From assembly GCA_010909165.1 (NCBI GenBank), contig MU008161.1:310001-374000 (forward strand): a stretch of DNA of 64,000 bases. The letters run 5' to 3'. A program made the translations under genes and the position numbers. The notes under the pieces are model-generated. The model saw nothing but the letters and a program-made list of their open reading frames with translations. It had not been told where the DNA came from and searched no databases. Every line of letters starts with the position of its first letter. Positions within the stretch are counted from its first letter, which is position 1. This DNA is from Anthoceros angustus. Lineage: Eukaryota; Plantae; Anthocerotophyta. Of this stretch, positions 23,671 through 38,644 are shown piece after piece.

Positions 23671-24239
23671 ACCGCTCCGCACTAGCAATTCGAATCTAGT
23701 TGATCTATATTTTAGCTGTCTAATTCGCCCACGTGGCGAATTGAATTGTACCAACAACTGCATGGACATAATCCGATGTGGCCTGAAGTTTATTTATACC
23801 ACGTGTAGTAAATATGAGTTCACACCTAACTAACCGGTGAACTATAATGCCACAAAAACTCACATTATTTGCATTATCCATAGTTAAAATATAATTTTAT
23901 TTTAGTGATATAATTTTTTTTATTTTTTATTTTAATTTATTTTCCTTCTATAAACCTTAACAAAAGTTAAAATGAAATTGCATAAAACAATTTGGGGTTA
24001 ACGAAATCAATATTACGATTAGTTCATGGGCATCTGTTCGAAAGTGTTTACGGTTAATTTGCACAAATTATGGTTCGTAAATAGTTCAGTTCATCAAGAA
24101 TTGAACGATCATACCTTTGTGGCACTAGTTGGTGTCTACTATTCAGTTCGGGTAAACTAGCCAAACCGCTGGTATGGAGAGGTCCTTAGTAAGTGAACAG
24201 TTCCGACGACATTGTGGTTTGAAGACCGTATTATATCCC

Positions 24240-24460
24240 TGGCCCCTATTGTGATCTTTCATATTCCATCATATGATATCTACTTGTTTTATAGAGGTTG
24301 TCCTTCTTACATGTGACGAGATCATTTACTTGGCATGAGGTCCTCCTTATTGCATCCATTCTTGTATACTTCAAAATTTGATGTTGACCTGTCAATAATA
24401 TTGGCCACTTATAAGTGACGAACGAACGAACGAACAAAGAAATGTCTTGCATCTCGTGCT
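24240..24460 (-). mobile_element. Possible Ty3/gypsy integrase C-terminal remnant
   Basis: RRTSCQVNDLVTCKK resembles the RxxxF/YxVGDLV stretch of gypsy integrases. Weak. Confidence 0.25.
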
Positions 24461-24960
24461 CTCACACATGGGGGAACTGACGTGCCCCTAGTGGTGGGGA
24501 CTGCGACACATTGGTCGCTTATTTATTTAATGCTCACATCTAAGTGTCCCTATGTTCTAAGATGCATTAGAATATTGTTGGGTTGAGGGATCAGACCCTC
24601 CAGTTGTAAAGCCCTTGTTCGTCTCCTAAACTTCTTGTTTGGGCTGCTTGAACGTTGTGTGTTGAGTGTATGCCTTTGTTCAACAACCATAGTGGTTATT
24701 GAATATTTGGTTTTGGTTACTGAATATTGGACTTTGGTCTTCGAGTGCTTCTGATTCCCCGACCACGTCAACCACCAAACCAAGCCATGCAACACTTTTG
24801 TAAAGGTTTCATACTTCTCCTAAATTCCTCTTGAATGAATAGATGGTCTTGGATTTGTCTATACGAGATGTTGTCTCTTTTCTAGGCGCGCCAAACTCCT
24901 TTGTATAAGCTCTTCTGTACAAGTCCACCCCACATAATAGTAATCGTCCTCCATAAGCTC

Positions 24961-25195
24961 TAATCTTTCTCATATGATGAGATGAGTCATGCTTGTGCCT
25001 TCTATTGCTGTAATCTTTCTCATATGATGAGATGAGTCATGCTTGTGCCTTCTATTGCTTTAATCTTTTTCATATGATGAGATGAGTCGTGCTTGTGCCT
25101 CTATTGCTATAATCTTTCTCATTTGATGAGATGAGTGGTGCTTGTGCCTATATTGCTGTAATCTTTCTCATATGATGAGATACCTCTATTGCTAT
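24961..25195. repeat. 50-bp minisatellite, ~4.5 copies
   Basis: Unit TAATCTTTCTCATATGATGAGATGAGTCATGCTTGTGCCTTCTATTGCT(G/T), head-to-tail with no spacers. Confidence 0.95.
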
Positions 25196-27556
25196 AGAGC
25201 TCGGGCTTTCTGGCTGTCAAATATAAATCCCGTACATGCTTCAAAAGAAAATTTTGAATTGTGCTGTAATAAAGATAAATAAAATAAAATGATTTATAAA
25301 TAATATATATAGTTATTTATTAATAAAAATATAGATATGTGTTTTAACTTCAATATTTTCTAATGAGCTGGGATAATAGGGTGTTTTGTTCCAAGAAGTA
25401 GGAACAAATTTTTGTACTTCTAAAAATACTTCATCCTTTATTCCCAATATGTATGCAACATATATTTCCTCTTGCTGATTATCCAAGGTTGCTTATCACG
25501 AAATAAAGAAGGATTTATGGTGCACAGTGGATCGGATTTGTCCCAGGGAGAAAAGATTTTAGTGCAAGAGAAAAGGCTTGCGGCAGCTCTCAAAGCCATG
25601 ATTTCTTCATTTCTGAAGCATGTGAAGATCACTTGGTTGGGTAAGCAGAGGAAAAGCATGCTTTTGTGCTGCTCAGAAAATAGTGCAACAAAGCTTTTCA
25701 TCCCAATTTGTATAAACCCTTTAGAGAAGTGTTTTTGTGACTACATTCCAATATATATGTATTTTTTACATATTTATGTAAGATAACTTATATGAAAGCT
25801 CCCAATATATGTTGCTTATTGGGTGAAACTGAGTTTTAGTTTGATCATTTAACATAAAATATACATAGTAACTAGAGTGTTTTGCTTTGAAATTTGCACA
25901 TCTACAATTATGTGATAAGAGGGAGTGTGTACGCGTACACTAATATGTTTTAACCCCAAAACGTCCAAGCGACTCAAATTAAATGGTTTGGACCTCTTTC
26001 ATGGCTTTGCCATGGCTCGGGCTAGCTATGGGCTAGGTTAGGCCATCCCCCCCTTGGCCACCGCGTCCTACCGCACGACTCCGCAGCCGCACTGCGCTCT
26101 GCCAGCTCTGGCGATCCAGTCCCCAATGTCTGTTCCGGCCCGGGCTGGGGCCGGCAGGTATGTGTTTGGCCTCCAGACTTGTACCGCGACACAACTAGGT
26201 GCATAAGCTGGCCCAGTAGTTTAGACGCGTCCTGGGTTCCTGTGAAACTGCGGTTTTGGGGCTCACTTGATTGCTAACCAGGAAGGTATACAGTATGTGC
26301 AAACAAGCTCCATCTCGTGACCGAATCCTCGGCATTTGGATCAGTTGTTTTCATTTCTTGGCAGATGGAGACGAGACAAAGTGAGATGGAAAGAGCTCCT
26401 CCCGGAGAGCCTTGCCATATTTTTCGAAAATTTTAATTTCTAACAATTCGACAATAAAATGGTAGAATAACATTTTTCAACGAATTGTTTAAAACAAATG
26501 CTCAAAACCCCTTGGACGTTTTGGGATTCAAAGTGAACTCCAGTAGGCAGGGTACAAGGGGGCAGAGATGTCAGACAGCGGCAGACGCGGAAGACTTTGC
26601 GCCTCGCAGGAAACCCCTCGTGTTCCGACACGAACCACGCCGACGGGTCGACGATGAACTTGAGTGCCAAGTAATTAGCATTATCCGAACGGGAAATACG
26701 TCTATAGACCCATAGGGCCGTGCACTTGTCGCTGCTGTGCACGCCATCTCTTCCGAAGCTGATTCCCCTTACCTCGGCAGCGGCACATTTGTTGCGATGC
26801 GTACCAGGCGCACTCTTGAGGCGTGGGGCCACACTGGGCGGTGGCGCATGCCTCTGACCGGCACGGAACAGTGGGACCGAGAGCTCTCGGTCTCAGCTTC
26901 GGCTCTCGTCACGGCGCACATCCACAGCGATTGGCCCCCTCCCATGACGTGTTCACACGCCCGTTCGTCCATCTGCAAGCAAATCGCGATGGCTTTCCAG
27001 CAGGCCAGCAGTTGCCCGTGGCTTCAAAGGGATACAATCAACGCTTCATAATCCGCACATTACCAGATGCATAAAACTTTCCGCTTGGACACTAGCGTCG
27101 TCTTGTAGTAGCAAAATGAGGCTGGCAGGGTAAGGTTACCTCGGAATGGGACGCTGACGGGATCATCCTCCACACACAGCACTCTGCAAATGCAATTTCA
27201 TCTGTTCATTCAATCACAGCTGACTTCAGCAGCTTTGGTCGTACATGACCGGAAGCGATACAGCCACAAGGAAGTTCTGCCCTAAAAACCGATTGCAATT
27301 GGAACACATCATAAGTCAGGGACCATCAACAAGACTGAATCACTCATCTCTGCCACAGCCTCACAGCGGGAGCCACTGGGAAAGGGTGCACTCTAGTTAC
27401 TTCATGTCTGGAAATAATCCAGTCACTCAAGCTGAGTAGAAAAACATGAAAATTGGTGTGTAACTTGTCTCCAAGTATCCACAAGAAATAGAGAATGTGA
27501 ATTCTGCAAGGTTGTACCCAGGCTTAAGCCTAGCTCAGCAATGAATGAATGTAGCT

Positions 27557-28216
27557 TTACTTCAATCTAGCAAAAAGTTTTGGTGCTACCTGCACAAAAC
27601 CAGCGTCCCAGCACACAGAGGCACACATATCGTTAGTGAAAGCAGCACCTATGGCAGAGGTCTCACCAAAACAATTCTAAGGGCGGTGTTCAAAGCCTAT
27701 CTTACATCTTCCAAGACATGACAGAACACAAGCATGGACATGATCCAGAGAAAAAAAAAAGCTGAAAACACAGCACTTACACATTTATCGACGCACTGCC
27801 AGAAGTCGAAGTATTGTCCCGTACAATGCTTATGCCCCCCGGCATCTTCCTCAACACGCTTTACACAGGCCTGCGTTGGCATAAGTGAAGTGATTTGGTG
27901 AGGTCAATACAACCTCACGCTGAGGAATCACACAATTCTGAGATCGCCAGCCCTAATCTAGCAGAATGGAATCCGCATCAGCCAAAGTAGCAGAAACAGA
28001 CCTGATATTGGAGCAGCTGCTTTACGCATTTCGGCTTACAGGCCTCTTCCAGCTCCACCTTCGGATCAACAAGCTCTTCGTCGTCCGACCTAGAAAACAC
28101 CGGAAATTGCCGTTGCCATTACAACCATCAGGATTTCAGGATCACGCCGTCTCCACCGGAACAGAACACCGTCCTCTTCACAAGACGCAAGGTGGAGGCA
28201 AGGTGGAGACCTACAT
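27557..28216 (-). CDS. QCR6: Cytochrome bc1 complex hinge subunit (QCR6/UQCRH), 4 exons
   Basis: Exons 28216-28215 (AT|gtaggt), 28089-28002, 27870-27781, 27589-27557 give MSDDEELVDPKVELEEACKPKCVKQLLQYQACVKRVEEDAGGHKHCTGQYFDFWQCVDKCVAPKLFARLK*. Confidence 0.93.
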
Positions 28217-28593
28217 GCTGACAGGGCTTGCTCACCACAGACCGATCCACTCGCGCCCGCAGTCCGCCGCTGCAATAACCCACGGAGGCCCTCAAGGGTT
28301 TGTTTGACAACAGTCCGTGCCTGGTATGGTGTACCATATGGTGTACCACAACGGCAACACTGAACCCTACCAAAAAAACTGGAAAAACCTTTTTTCATGA
28401 CCCCCAGCCATGGTGTCCGAGGTCGTTTTCGTACAACGCTTGTCTCGATAATCAGATTCCGACCCACGGGATGACTGCTGATTCTTCGTCGTGGGCTTTT
28501 CTGAATTTACGAAATTGAGCAGCATCGTTCGCGTCTCTGGAAACCGCAACAAGTTGAGGAGGGAGGAGCAAAGCGGGAACACAGCGCACAATC
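28217..28593. promoter_or_regulatory. Probable bidirectional promoter (QCR6/SRP14)
   Basis: The start codons are 377 bp apart and divergent. A TGGGCT site-II-like motif lies at ~28492. Confidence 0.6.
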
Positions 28594-29277
28594 ATGGTGT
28601 GTGCCCCTTAGCCTGTGCAAGTATGGGTTGGACTAAACTGGATTAAGGAGCAAGGTGTTTTCTTGCTTGTATGCTCTTTGTGGATGTTTGATGGGCCCAA
28701 CAGCTCAGATGGATTTGTGCCCAGGTGCTTTTAGAGACGGATCCATTTTTGACCGAGCTCACTAAGTTGTATGAACGTCACAAGGAATCAGGCACGGTGT
28801 GGGTAACCCTAAAGCGCTGTAAGCTTTCTTTCCCCTCTGGATCTCTGTGACGAATTCTAGGTTTGGGAGATGTCGCTCTTACTACGGTCTCATGACATGC
28901 CAGCAACGTTGAGGAAGCCAGCTAAGAGGAAAATAGATGCTGGAGAGGAGGACTCTTCCCCGGAGCCGGCAGAATACCGATGTCTTGTGAGGGCAACGGA
29001 TGGGAAGAGAAAGATCAGTACTTCGGTAGGACTCTGCTTGCATTGCCTAGAAGGTTTCCCGTCAACTTTTTACTGTGTTGAATGTTTGAATCAAGAGAGC
29101 TGACGGATCGATCTCTCATTTATGCAGCTTTCTGCCAAGGACCATCAACGTTTTCATTCGGCTTACGCTACAGTTTTGAAAGCTCACATGGATGCCCTCA
29201 AAAAGAGGGACAAGAAAGACAGGAAGGATAAGAAGGGCACTGGTACAAAACCCACAGCGAAGTTGCAAAGGGACTGA
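28594..29277 (+). CDS. SRP14: Signal recognition particle 14 kDa protein, 4 exons
   Basis: ATG|gt at 28594-28596, then VLLETDPFLTELTKLYERHKESGTVWVTLKR, EYRCLVRATDGKRKISTS and LSAKDHQRFHSAYATVLKAHMDALKKR. GT-AG introns; stop at 29275-29277. Confidence 0.93.
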
Positions 29278-31406
29278 AGTGCTAAGGAACATTGTTACTT
29301 CGGTATGCCTGGATGCAAATCAGTTTTGGTAATGTAGTTTGAATCCCTCCACATGCTTTTGTGAGCCATGCCTAGATTCTTCCATGCCACCGGGTGCAAT
29401 CCTGAGAGGTTTAGCCTAAGTTGAGTAGCATTTGCATAGAAGTTGGGTGTGGAGAGGGCATTCAATGCCCAGCCGCTTTATGCCTGTCGGTGAGGAATGT
29501 GGGAGTTTACCATGAGCTCACTGCAGCAGACTTTGGCGATTTATCATGCCCTACAGCAGACTTTGGCGATCTATTATGCCAGGCTTCTGTAAATTATGAG
29601 CTCTCTCGCAGCCAATGCAGCCTGCAACTGGAATAGCGGTGGTGGTCTGGGATTGGCTGTTGTCCAAGCTCCGGGTATCTGATTATGGACTTGACACTGG
29701 AAGGTGGTTCCAGAATTTGGATGCCAAGTCTATGAAACTGAAGACACTTTCGGAAGGTGGCGGGAGGCGACAAATAGCCACCGGACGAGTTAGAAAAAGC
29801 GAGCTACCCGAAAATAAACAGGCCAGGTTGTTACATGTTCCACGCGCTAATCAGATTTTTAGTTTATGTTCCACGCACTAATATTGTTTTTAGTTTATGG
29901 TCTTGGGTTAGGTGTACCTATGTGCGATACCCGACCAATGGCCCAGGAATAACAAGTCAAGAGCACTTTTCTTGGTGAAGGAGATGTCATTTCTGACCTA
30001 AAAACTGGAAAATACCATATCCCCACACGCACTGGTGGATGCTAAGTCCATTCGAGTGTTTTCTTATCTTGAAGCCCATGTGCGATCGCCTGTGCCGATA
30101 CCGACACGAAAGACGGTAGGGACCAGAGCTTTCAGAAAAATAAAAGCTGGTTCAGTTTCGCTTTTTTTTTTTCCCCCGAAATGGTTCTGTTTCGATTTCA
30201 CTCCTTGGATGCTTGTGTCCCCAATCCCATCTCTGTACACACAGCCTGGTTGCTCTCATGCCCTTTTATTATTTATCCAGCGACAGCAATCCCGTCCACT
30301 TCCACCTTTTGTCACTTCACACATGCACCCAACAGAATGCGGCAGCTGCAGCGTCAGGCAGTACAGGCAAAGCTAGTACCTCCTTCATTTATCGAAGGGA
30401 TCCACCACCCATGTGAACCCCTGCCACGGTGTCTGAACATACCCTCAAGGTATTCTTGCTCCTTGCTCTCTGAGCTGTATGGAACGTGATGACACCTGAC
30501 AGTATTGCAGCCTGCGTCACCTCTGTGAACCAGCTACCATTCCGGCACGGTCGTTTTCAGGCAGTGCCTTCAAAATCCCTCTGTGCATCAAACTTCCCAA
30601 CGGATGCTGATCAAAATGCAGGCTACCCTGACTGACTCATCTTTGCGCTAAGCAGGGCATCCTGTGCTGTCCTGCCCCACACCCTGGTGAGAACATCACT
30701 TGCACGTCTGCCTGCAGGAGGCACCCCAATGTCGGCAGCAGCCATGCCTTCTTCGTGCACAGCCCTAAAATAAACAAGAGAGTCGTGCCTTGATAGAACA
30801 TGAGCCCGAAGCCCTCGCACCCTAACAAACTGTACATGAACCTGATTCCGGGGGTGCTCAGTGCTCACCATGCCTCCTCTTCCACAATGCCCCGTCAAAC
30901 CGAGAGATTCCTGCTCCCACCCCCCCGCTGGCATTTGCTGCTACTCACGTGACCACAGCCTGAGACATCCCGACCTTCCTGGAGGCTTCCGAAAACTTAG
31001 GGCGTTGCAACCACATGCGCACTCTGCTCTCACCTCGACTACATACAGACAAGCACATCCAACAGGAAGCATGATTCTCAAAAAATGAGGAGGAGACCCT
31101 CCTGAAATTGCCGTCAATTCTTGCAGAGTGAGGAAATCTAGGTCGCCTGTGAGCTGTAAGATCTCGGCGGCTTCTGCCAGTTGCCACCGCCGACACTGTT
31201 CAATCAAGCTCCGCACCAGCTATGTAAACAACTTGGCAATTGCATCACGTCGCCTAGTCAAAGGTTAGTAAGCTGTACTACGTAGCTAGGTTATGGTAAC
31301 TTAGTTTTGCCGAGTCGTGAGCATTTACTTGCGACAAATAAGGCGCAGCGTGCGGTAACGTGGAGCGAGTGGTCAGTGCGTCTCCGCGGTCAGCGAGATT
31401 TTGCAG

Positions 31407-31676
31407 TATATAATGTGAAGCAAGCGCGTCTTTCGCCCTGAGAAGCAGAGCTGCGCGCTTAGGTCTTGGGCGGCCTGAAGCTGTAGCGCCGAGTGTGCTT
31501 GTGGGAGCTCCGCGCGATCAATCTCGACAAGGTGCGTAGCGCGGGTCGTGTTTCTGGTCTAGTCGTGATGGTGGATTTTCTCGTGAAGCTTATGTGCCAT
31601 GCGGGGAGCTGGGAACGCGGGATCTGATCGGATGTGAGGTTGTGGTTTTGGCTGTGGTTGTTTTGTTGTGGGGCAG
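31407..31676 (+). promoter_or_regulatory. TATA box and 5'-UTR intron of SAM synthetase
   Basis: TATATAAT at 31407. Intron 31532-31676 (AAG|gtgcgt..ggggcag|ATG) ends immediately before the start codon. Confidence 0.7.
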
Positions 31677-32864
31677 ATGGCCGAGACATTCCTGTTCACA
31701 TCGGAGTCGGTGAACGAGGGGCACCCGGACAAGCTGTGCGATCAGATCTCGGACGCGGTTCTGGATGCCTGCCTGGAGCAGGACCCGGACAGCAAGGTGG
31801 CGTGCGAGACGTGCACCAAGACCAACATGGTGATGGTGTTCGGGGAGATCACCACCAAGGCCAACATCGACTACGAGAAGATCGTGCGGGACACTTGCCG
31901 GGAGATCGGGTTCGTGTCGGACGCGGTAGGGCTGGATGCGGACCACTGCAAGGTGTTGGTGAACATCGAGCAGCAGAGCCCCGACATTGCGCAGGGCGTG
32001 CACGGCCACTTCACCAAGAAGCCGGAGGAGATCGGAGCGGGAGACCAGGGCCACATGTTCGGCTACGCCACGGACGAGACGGAGGAGCTGATGCCGCTGT
32101 CCCACGTCCTGGCCACGCAGCTGGGAGCCAAGCTCACGGAGGTGCGCAAGAACGGCGTCTGCGGCTGGCTCAGGCCCGACGGCAAGACGCAGGTGACTGT
32201 GGAGTACCGGAACGAGGGGGGCGCCATGGTGCCCCTGCGGGTGCACACCGTCCTCATCTCCACGCAGCACGACGAGAGCGTCACCAACGACCAGATTGCG
32301 GCCGACTTGAGGGAGCATGTGATCAAGCCTGTCATCCCGGAGAAGTACCTGGACGAGAACACCATCTTCCACCTCAATCCGTCGGGGAGGTTCGTCATCG
32401 GAGGCCCGCACGGGGACGCCGGGCTCACCGGCAGGAAGATCATCATCGACACCTACGGCGGCTGGGGAGCTCACGGAGGAGGCGCTTTCTCCGGGAAGGA
32501 CCCTACCAAGGTGGACAGATCGGGGGCCTACATCGTCAGGCAGGCGGCCAAGAGCATTGTGGCCTCCGGGCTTGCCCGCCGGGCGCTCGTGCAGGTGTCC
32601 TATGCTATCGGAGTGCCGGAACCGTTGTCCGTGTTTGTGGACACCTACGGGACTGGCAAGATCACGGATCCTGAGATCCTAAAGATTGTGAAGGAGGCGT
32701 TCGACTTCAGGCCCGGCCTCATCACCATCAACCTGGATCTCAAGAGGGGAGGCAATAAGCGGTTTCAGAAGACTGCCGCTTATGGCCACTTTGGTAGATC
32801 TGACCCGGACTTCACCTGGGAAGTGGTGAAGCCCCTCAAGTGGGAGAAGAAGGTGGAGGCGTGA
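31677..32864 (+). CDS. SAMS: S-adenosylmethionine synthetase, 395 aa, intronless CDS
   Basis: [64 protein letters not shown]. Confidence 0.99.
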   Translation: MAETFLFTSESVNEGHPDKLCDQISDAVLDACLEQDPDSKVACETCTKTNMVMVFGEITTKANIDYEKIVRDTCREIGFVSDAVGLDADHCKVLVNIEQQSPDIAQGVHGHFTKKPEEIGAGDQGHMFGYATDETEELMPLSHVLATQLGAKLTEVRKNGVCGWLRPDGKTQVTVEYRNEGGAMVPLRVHTVLISTQHDESVTNDQIAADLREHVIKPVIPEKYLDENTIFHLNPSGRFVIGGPHGDAGLTGRKIIIDTYGGWGAHGGGAFSGKDPTKVDRSGAYIVRQAAKSIVASGLARRALVQVSYAIGVPEPLSVFVDTYGTGKITDPEILKIVKEAFDFRPGLITINLDLKRGGNKRFQKTAAYGHFGRSDPDFTWEVVKPLKWEKKVEA

Positions 32865-33937
32865 TCACATCCATCTCTTCGCTGGTGGCAGCATTAGTTC
32901 AGTAGGAGGCAGGGTTTAGGTTTCCCATTTATCGAGCGGATTCAGCTCATGCAATGTCTTGTAACAACACGATGAGGCGTTGTAGGCACTGCCCTTCGGC
33001 CGAAGTGCAGCTTGTGTTTTTTGCGAGCCATGTCCTTGCCATATGTATCGGCAGTTTTGTACTGACATCGTTGAAGGAGGTGGATGGGCATCGCATTGTA
33101 TGTTGCACCTTCCTCTTCCTCATATTTTTTTTCGTTACCCAAGCTGTTTTCCTCTCCCAAATGGTGTGCTTGTACAGCATACGTTTCAGGTCGCCAACCA
33201 GCGTCTTAGATCCCGTCCTCCACCTTGGCCTCGTTCCCATCTCCTGTTCCCGCTGGGGAGTGGGGCCTTTCCTGTGGACACGACTGCGGATACCGCTTCT
33301 ACACCCCAGTGGACCCAGATTTCCGCTCGATTTTCTCTCCCCACCTGTATGCCACTAAATTGAATGGTTAATCCGCTGAAAACATTTCCAAACAACCGCC
33401 CTTGTACCACACCATCAGCCTGTGGACACTGGACAGGACTGCAAATTAGATATCGGCAGCCACGTTCCTCTGGGACTAGGAGAAGTAAAGTAGGGCCGGG
33501 TTTCTTGGAAGGCACGATTCCTAAGCAACAGCTTGCAATGGGCATGAGATTCCTTAAAAAACTGGAGAGCGTCATCTTTCCTCGCGCATCTCCCGAGTCC
33601 AGCGATCGGATCAGGGCTACCTACATCAATTTCTATTGCCTTGCTCGCACCGATTTGGTGCGCAGATGAATCTAGGCGATGCGAATTTAGTGCGCGCACT
33701 GTCCTCTATATGACTGGCGCATCCTCACTGGCGTTGAAGTTGACGCCTGGTACGGGAACGGATGAGGAAGCTTTGAGACTTGCACGCCGCATTTACGGCC
33801 CTAAGTTGCATTAAAGGACAGGTAGACGCCCTAGATCGGTCACTTTTGAAATGACCCAGTTTATTCGTAACCAAACGTGCCTGGACGATCTCCACAATTG
33901 ATAACTTAGGACCTCACCACCTTACCCATTTGTAGCG

Positions 33938-36231
33938 TCACGCACTTATCAGACCCACGTACGCTGCTACAATCGCAAGGCAGACGGCAAGGGCATAAGC
34001 TACTGCAATGACGTAAGGCTCTTTCATGCCCAGGAGTTCTAAGTGGTGGTGGAAGGGTGCCATTCGCAGCCATCGCCGGCCTTGTCCATACATCCTCTTT
34101 GTGATTTTGAAGAAACCCACCTGCAGTTTCACGAGGCTGTTGTCACATGATCTTAGGGGTGAGGAATGAAGGGAGCAGGGCTCTAACGAATTACCTGTCC
34201 CACAACGGATAAAGTTTCGATAACAAAGACGCCTGATGCAATGAGAAGGGGCAAAAACATGCCCGTGCAGGCTGCCATTGCTGCTAGGGCTCCTCCCAAA
34301 GCTAGTGATCCAGTATCACCCATGAAGACGGTGGCTTTGTAGCGATTGTGAACCAGGAAACCCATACATGCTCCTGCCATTGATGCTCCAAACACTCCCA
34401 GTGCTGAACGGAACGCAGCCAAGCTTAGCTCAACACATTTTGAGAGAGTGATGCAAAAAAAAACATGCACGAAGCTCAGGATTACTGTTTACCAGGGTAT
34501 ATTGGGAGCACAGCTACTGCCATGGCTATGAAAGCTATTGCAGCAGTGCCCGCTGCAAGCCCATCCAGACCATCTGTTAAGTTCACGCCGTTGCTCATGG
34601 CAGCGAAGCAGAACACAGTAAGTGGCAGATACCACTTGCCACAGTACCACAGGCCCAGAGGAGGTGGCAACGGCACCAGTGTCTTCCTGGCAGCAGCACC
34701 ATCTATAAATTAGTACTACCAACTACACTTGGGCTGCCTTTGCACAGCCCTGAATGGTCTCAGTAGTAGAAGGTCAAAACTCACATCTTATATGGGGATG
34801 GTAAACCAGCAGAGTCCAGCCAGAACGCAAACCATGTTCCACAGGCCACCTATATTCAACCACCAGGCAGAATAAGTGACTGGAAGTTTTAGCAACAGAC
34901 GCAGGCAATAGGTTTTTTCCACACAGTTGCAAATCACCTGCAACACAAACTTCATCCAACCTGGAAGCCCATACTTTGCATTGCGCCATGCTGTAAGCCC
35001 GTCATCCAGGAGGCCTATGGCTGCAAAGCCAAAAGTAGCCACTGCTACTCCCAAAATCTCATTGGAGGCAAAACCTGTAACGAGTCTGGCAACGCCAATA
35101 CCCACTGGCACAAAGAATAAGCCCCCCATTGTAGGAGTTCCAACCTTGGAAAGGTGAGATGATTGAATCTCTTCACGGAAAATCTGATGAGCTTTTATTC
35201 TCTTCAAGAGTGGCACAGAGATGTAACCAAGGTATCCTGTGAGAATGGCAGACAGAACAAATGGATAGGTGAGGTACAATGAGGCCAGGGGTCTCCGAAT
35301 TACTCGCCAGATGTATGAATCAACTAACAGCAGGGTGCCGCACAAGGAAACAGACAGCAAGGCAGTAAGCCAGATGCCTTCTCCAACCCTATACAATGAC
35401 AAAGCAACAACCAACATGAGAACAGACACCGATCCCACTTCCACACCCGCACAGCTCTCAGGACACAGATGAACCACAGACAAATGTCTGCAAAATGTGC
35501 CAAAGTGCAGGACCCACGGCTCCACATTTTACCTTTCTTTGTGTCCACCAGACGCAATTGACGACACTTCATAAAAGGCAGACGACATAGTTCCTTTCTC
35601 AGCTGATTTTGCCTGGCCCTCTTTCTGAGCCCTAGACAACTCTCCATCATCTCGAGCATCTGCCAAGTCCAAGTCAGACTGTTTTTCCTCCTCCTCTGCA
35701 CTTGAATAACCAGATCGCGGATCATCAACATCCGATGGCGAGTCAAAAGTGGTAAAGTCGTCGCCATACTGTTTACAAACAAAAGACTGTGTGAGCAGAA
35801 AGAGTATATGACCACCATCAGCACTAGGTCTGCAGGGTGGCATTCATGGGTAGGAAATACTCACTCGGGCAAGAACCTGCCTAGAAGCAGGTTCCTTTCT
35901 CTGGCTAGCAGAGAAAGCGGAACCTTGACAATGCCATTGGTTCCTGACACAGACTGCCTGCAGCTCACAAGATAAAGCTTGGATGTCTCAGAATCAGCAA
36001 GCCAACCACTGCGAAGCAACGAACTCGGCCCAGAAGATTTGTCATACTGAAGACAGGGCCCTTAGTCTCAGTCAAAAGTGCCTTGCATCATCGTACCTTG
36101 ACTTCCAACCCCGACCTTGTAGCACAAACACACACTCTCACGCTTCCACCAATCGTAGGCGGTTTCCGGCTGCTGCTCTTGAAGGGTTTCACGGGAGTGT
36201 GCTTCACTGCGATCGGGCCTGAGGAGGCCAT
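33938..36231 (-). CDS. MraY: Plastid phospho-N-acetylmuramoyl-pentapeptide transferase (translocase I), multi-exon
   Basis: [56 protein letters not shown]. Transit-peptide-like first exon [25 protein letters not shown] (36231-36097). The start codon is inferred. Confidence 0.92.
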
Positions 36232-37069
36232 TGTACCAGGACAGCACACCAATCTCAGACAGCTGGCCTTGCTTCTCCCTGCGTCACCCCTGGCAACAGA
36301 GCCAACGCCATGGTGGCCCTGAACATTCTGGGAGGATGCAGCACCTGGACATACGCTTGCTTGATGATGACCGGGAATTCCAAGTGCCCAACGGCCCCTG
36401 GCAGAAACTACGACTTCGGAGAGGCGCCCATGCTTTTCACCATCGACAATGGCACGCGCGATAGCCTGCCAAAGACGGAGCCAGAGTGTTCACCAACATC
36501 GCCAACTCCCAGAATCTGCCATGGACGTTTATGCCCACTAGTACCCGGTGACATGCAGAGGCTGGGTAGCCCTGGACGCTGAGAGAAAGGCATCATCCAG
36601 TTGTCTGGTCGCAGATGGCGCAGGCAATTGGACTTATGGCCCCGTGACTTACAGCGGCATTTTCATGTTCTGCAGCTTCGTTTTAATCAGTCCGATCACC
36701 TCAAACATCGTCGGAGGCACCCTGGTACATACGTCAGTTTCATGTCTTAGTTCTTTCATTTGGACATGAGCAGACACATGGTATCTGGCACATTCCCCGT
36801 ACTTGGCAAGTTGGCATTCATCTGGTTTGATTGTCTCAGCTCTCTTCCCGGAAGAGTTAGCAGCATCGTCGCCATAAGCAGCCAGGGCCCTCAGAGACGA
36901 CAAAAACAAATCACACAAACCATTTCTCTACAAATGTTGATTCCCGATGACAGACGTGGAGTCACTGATCTGGGAACGTGATTTAAATATTGCACGACAT
37001 AGCAGTGTGTCACCCGTGGAAGCTTCCACTTCTTGCTCAGCGTTAGTGTTTGTGCTATAGACGTCCACG

Positions 37070-38644
<1,575 letters not shown>

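Noticed and set aside
24961-25195. CRISPR array (also 40691-40805, 44417-44523)
   Set aside because: The repeats are head-to-tail with no unique spacers, no cas genes are present, and the context is eukaryotic.
31590-32674. 294-aa (-) and 346-aa (+) ORFs overlapping SAMS
   Set aside because: Alternative-frame shadows of a GC3-rich CDS.
31677-32864. SAM synthetase as part of a methylation system with the MTase
   Set aside because: It is an ordinary conserved plant housekeeping gene about 19 kb away, outside the TIRs and separated by unrelated genes.
32865-33400. Riboswitch or structured RNA in the SAMS 3' region
   Set aside because: No TPP or SAM aptamer consensus recognised.
33938-36231. 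Bacterial contamination or recent HGT suggested by MraY
   Set aside because: The gene has spliceosomal introns and a transit peptide and is flanked by plant genes.
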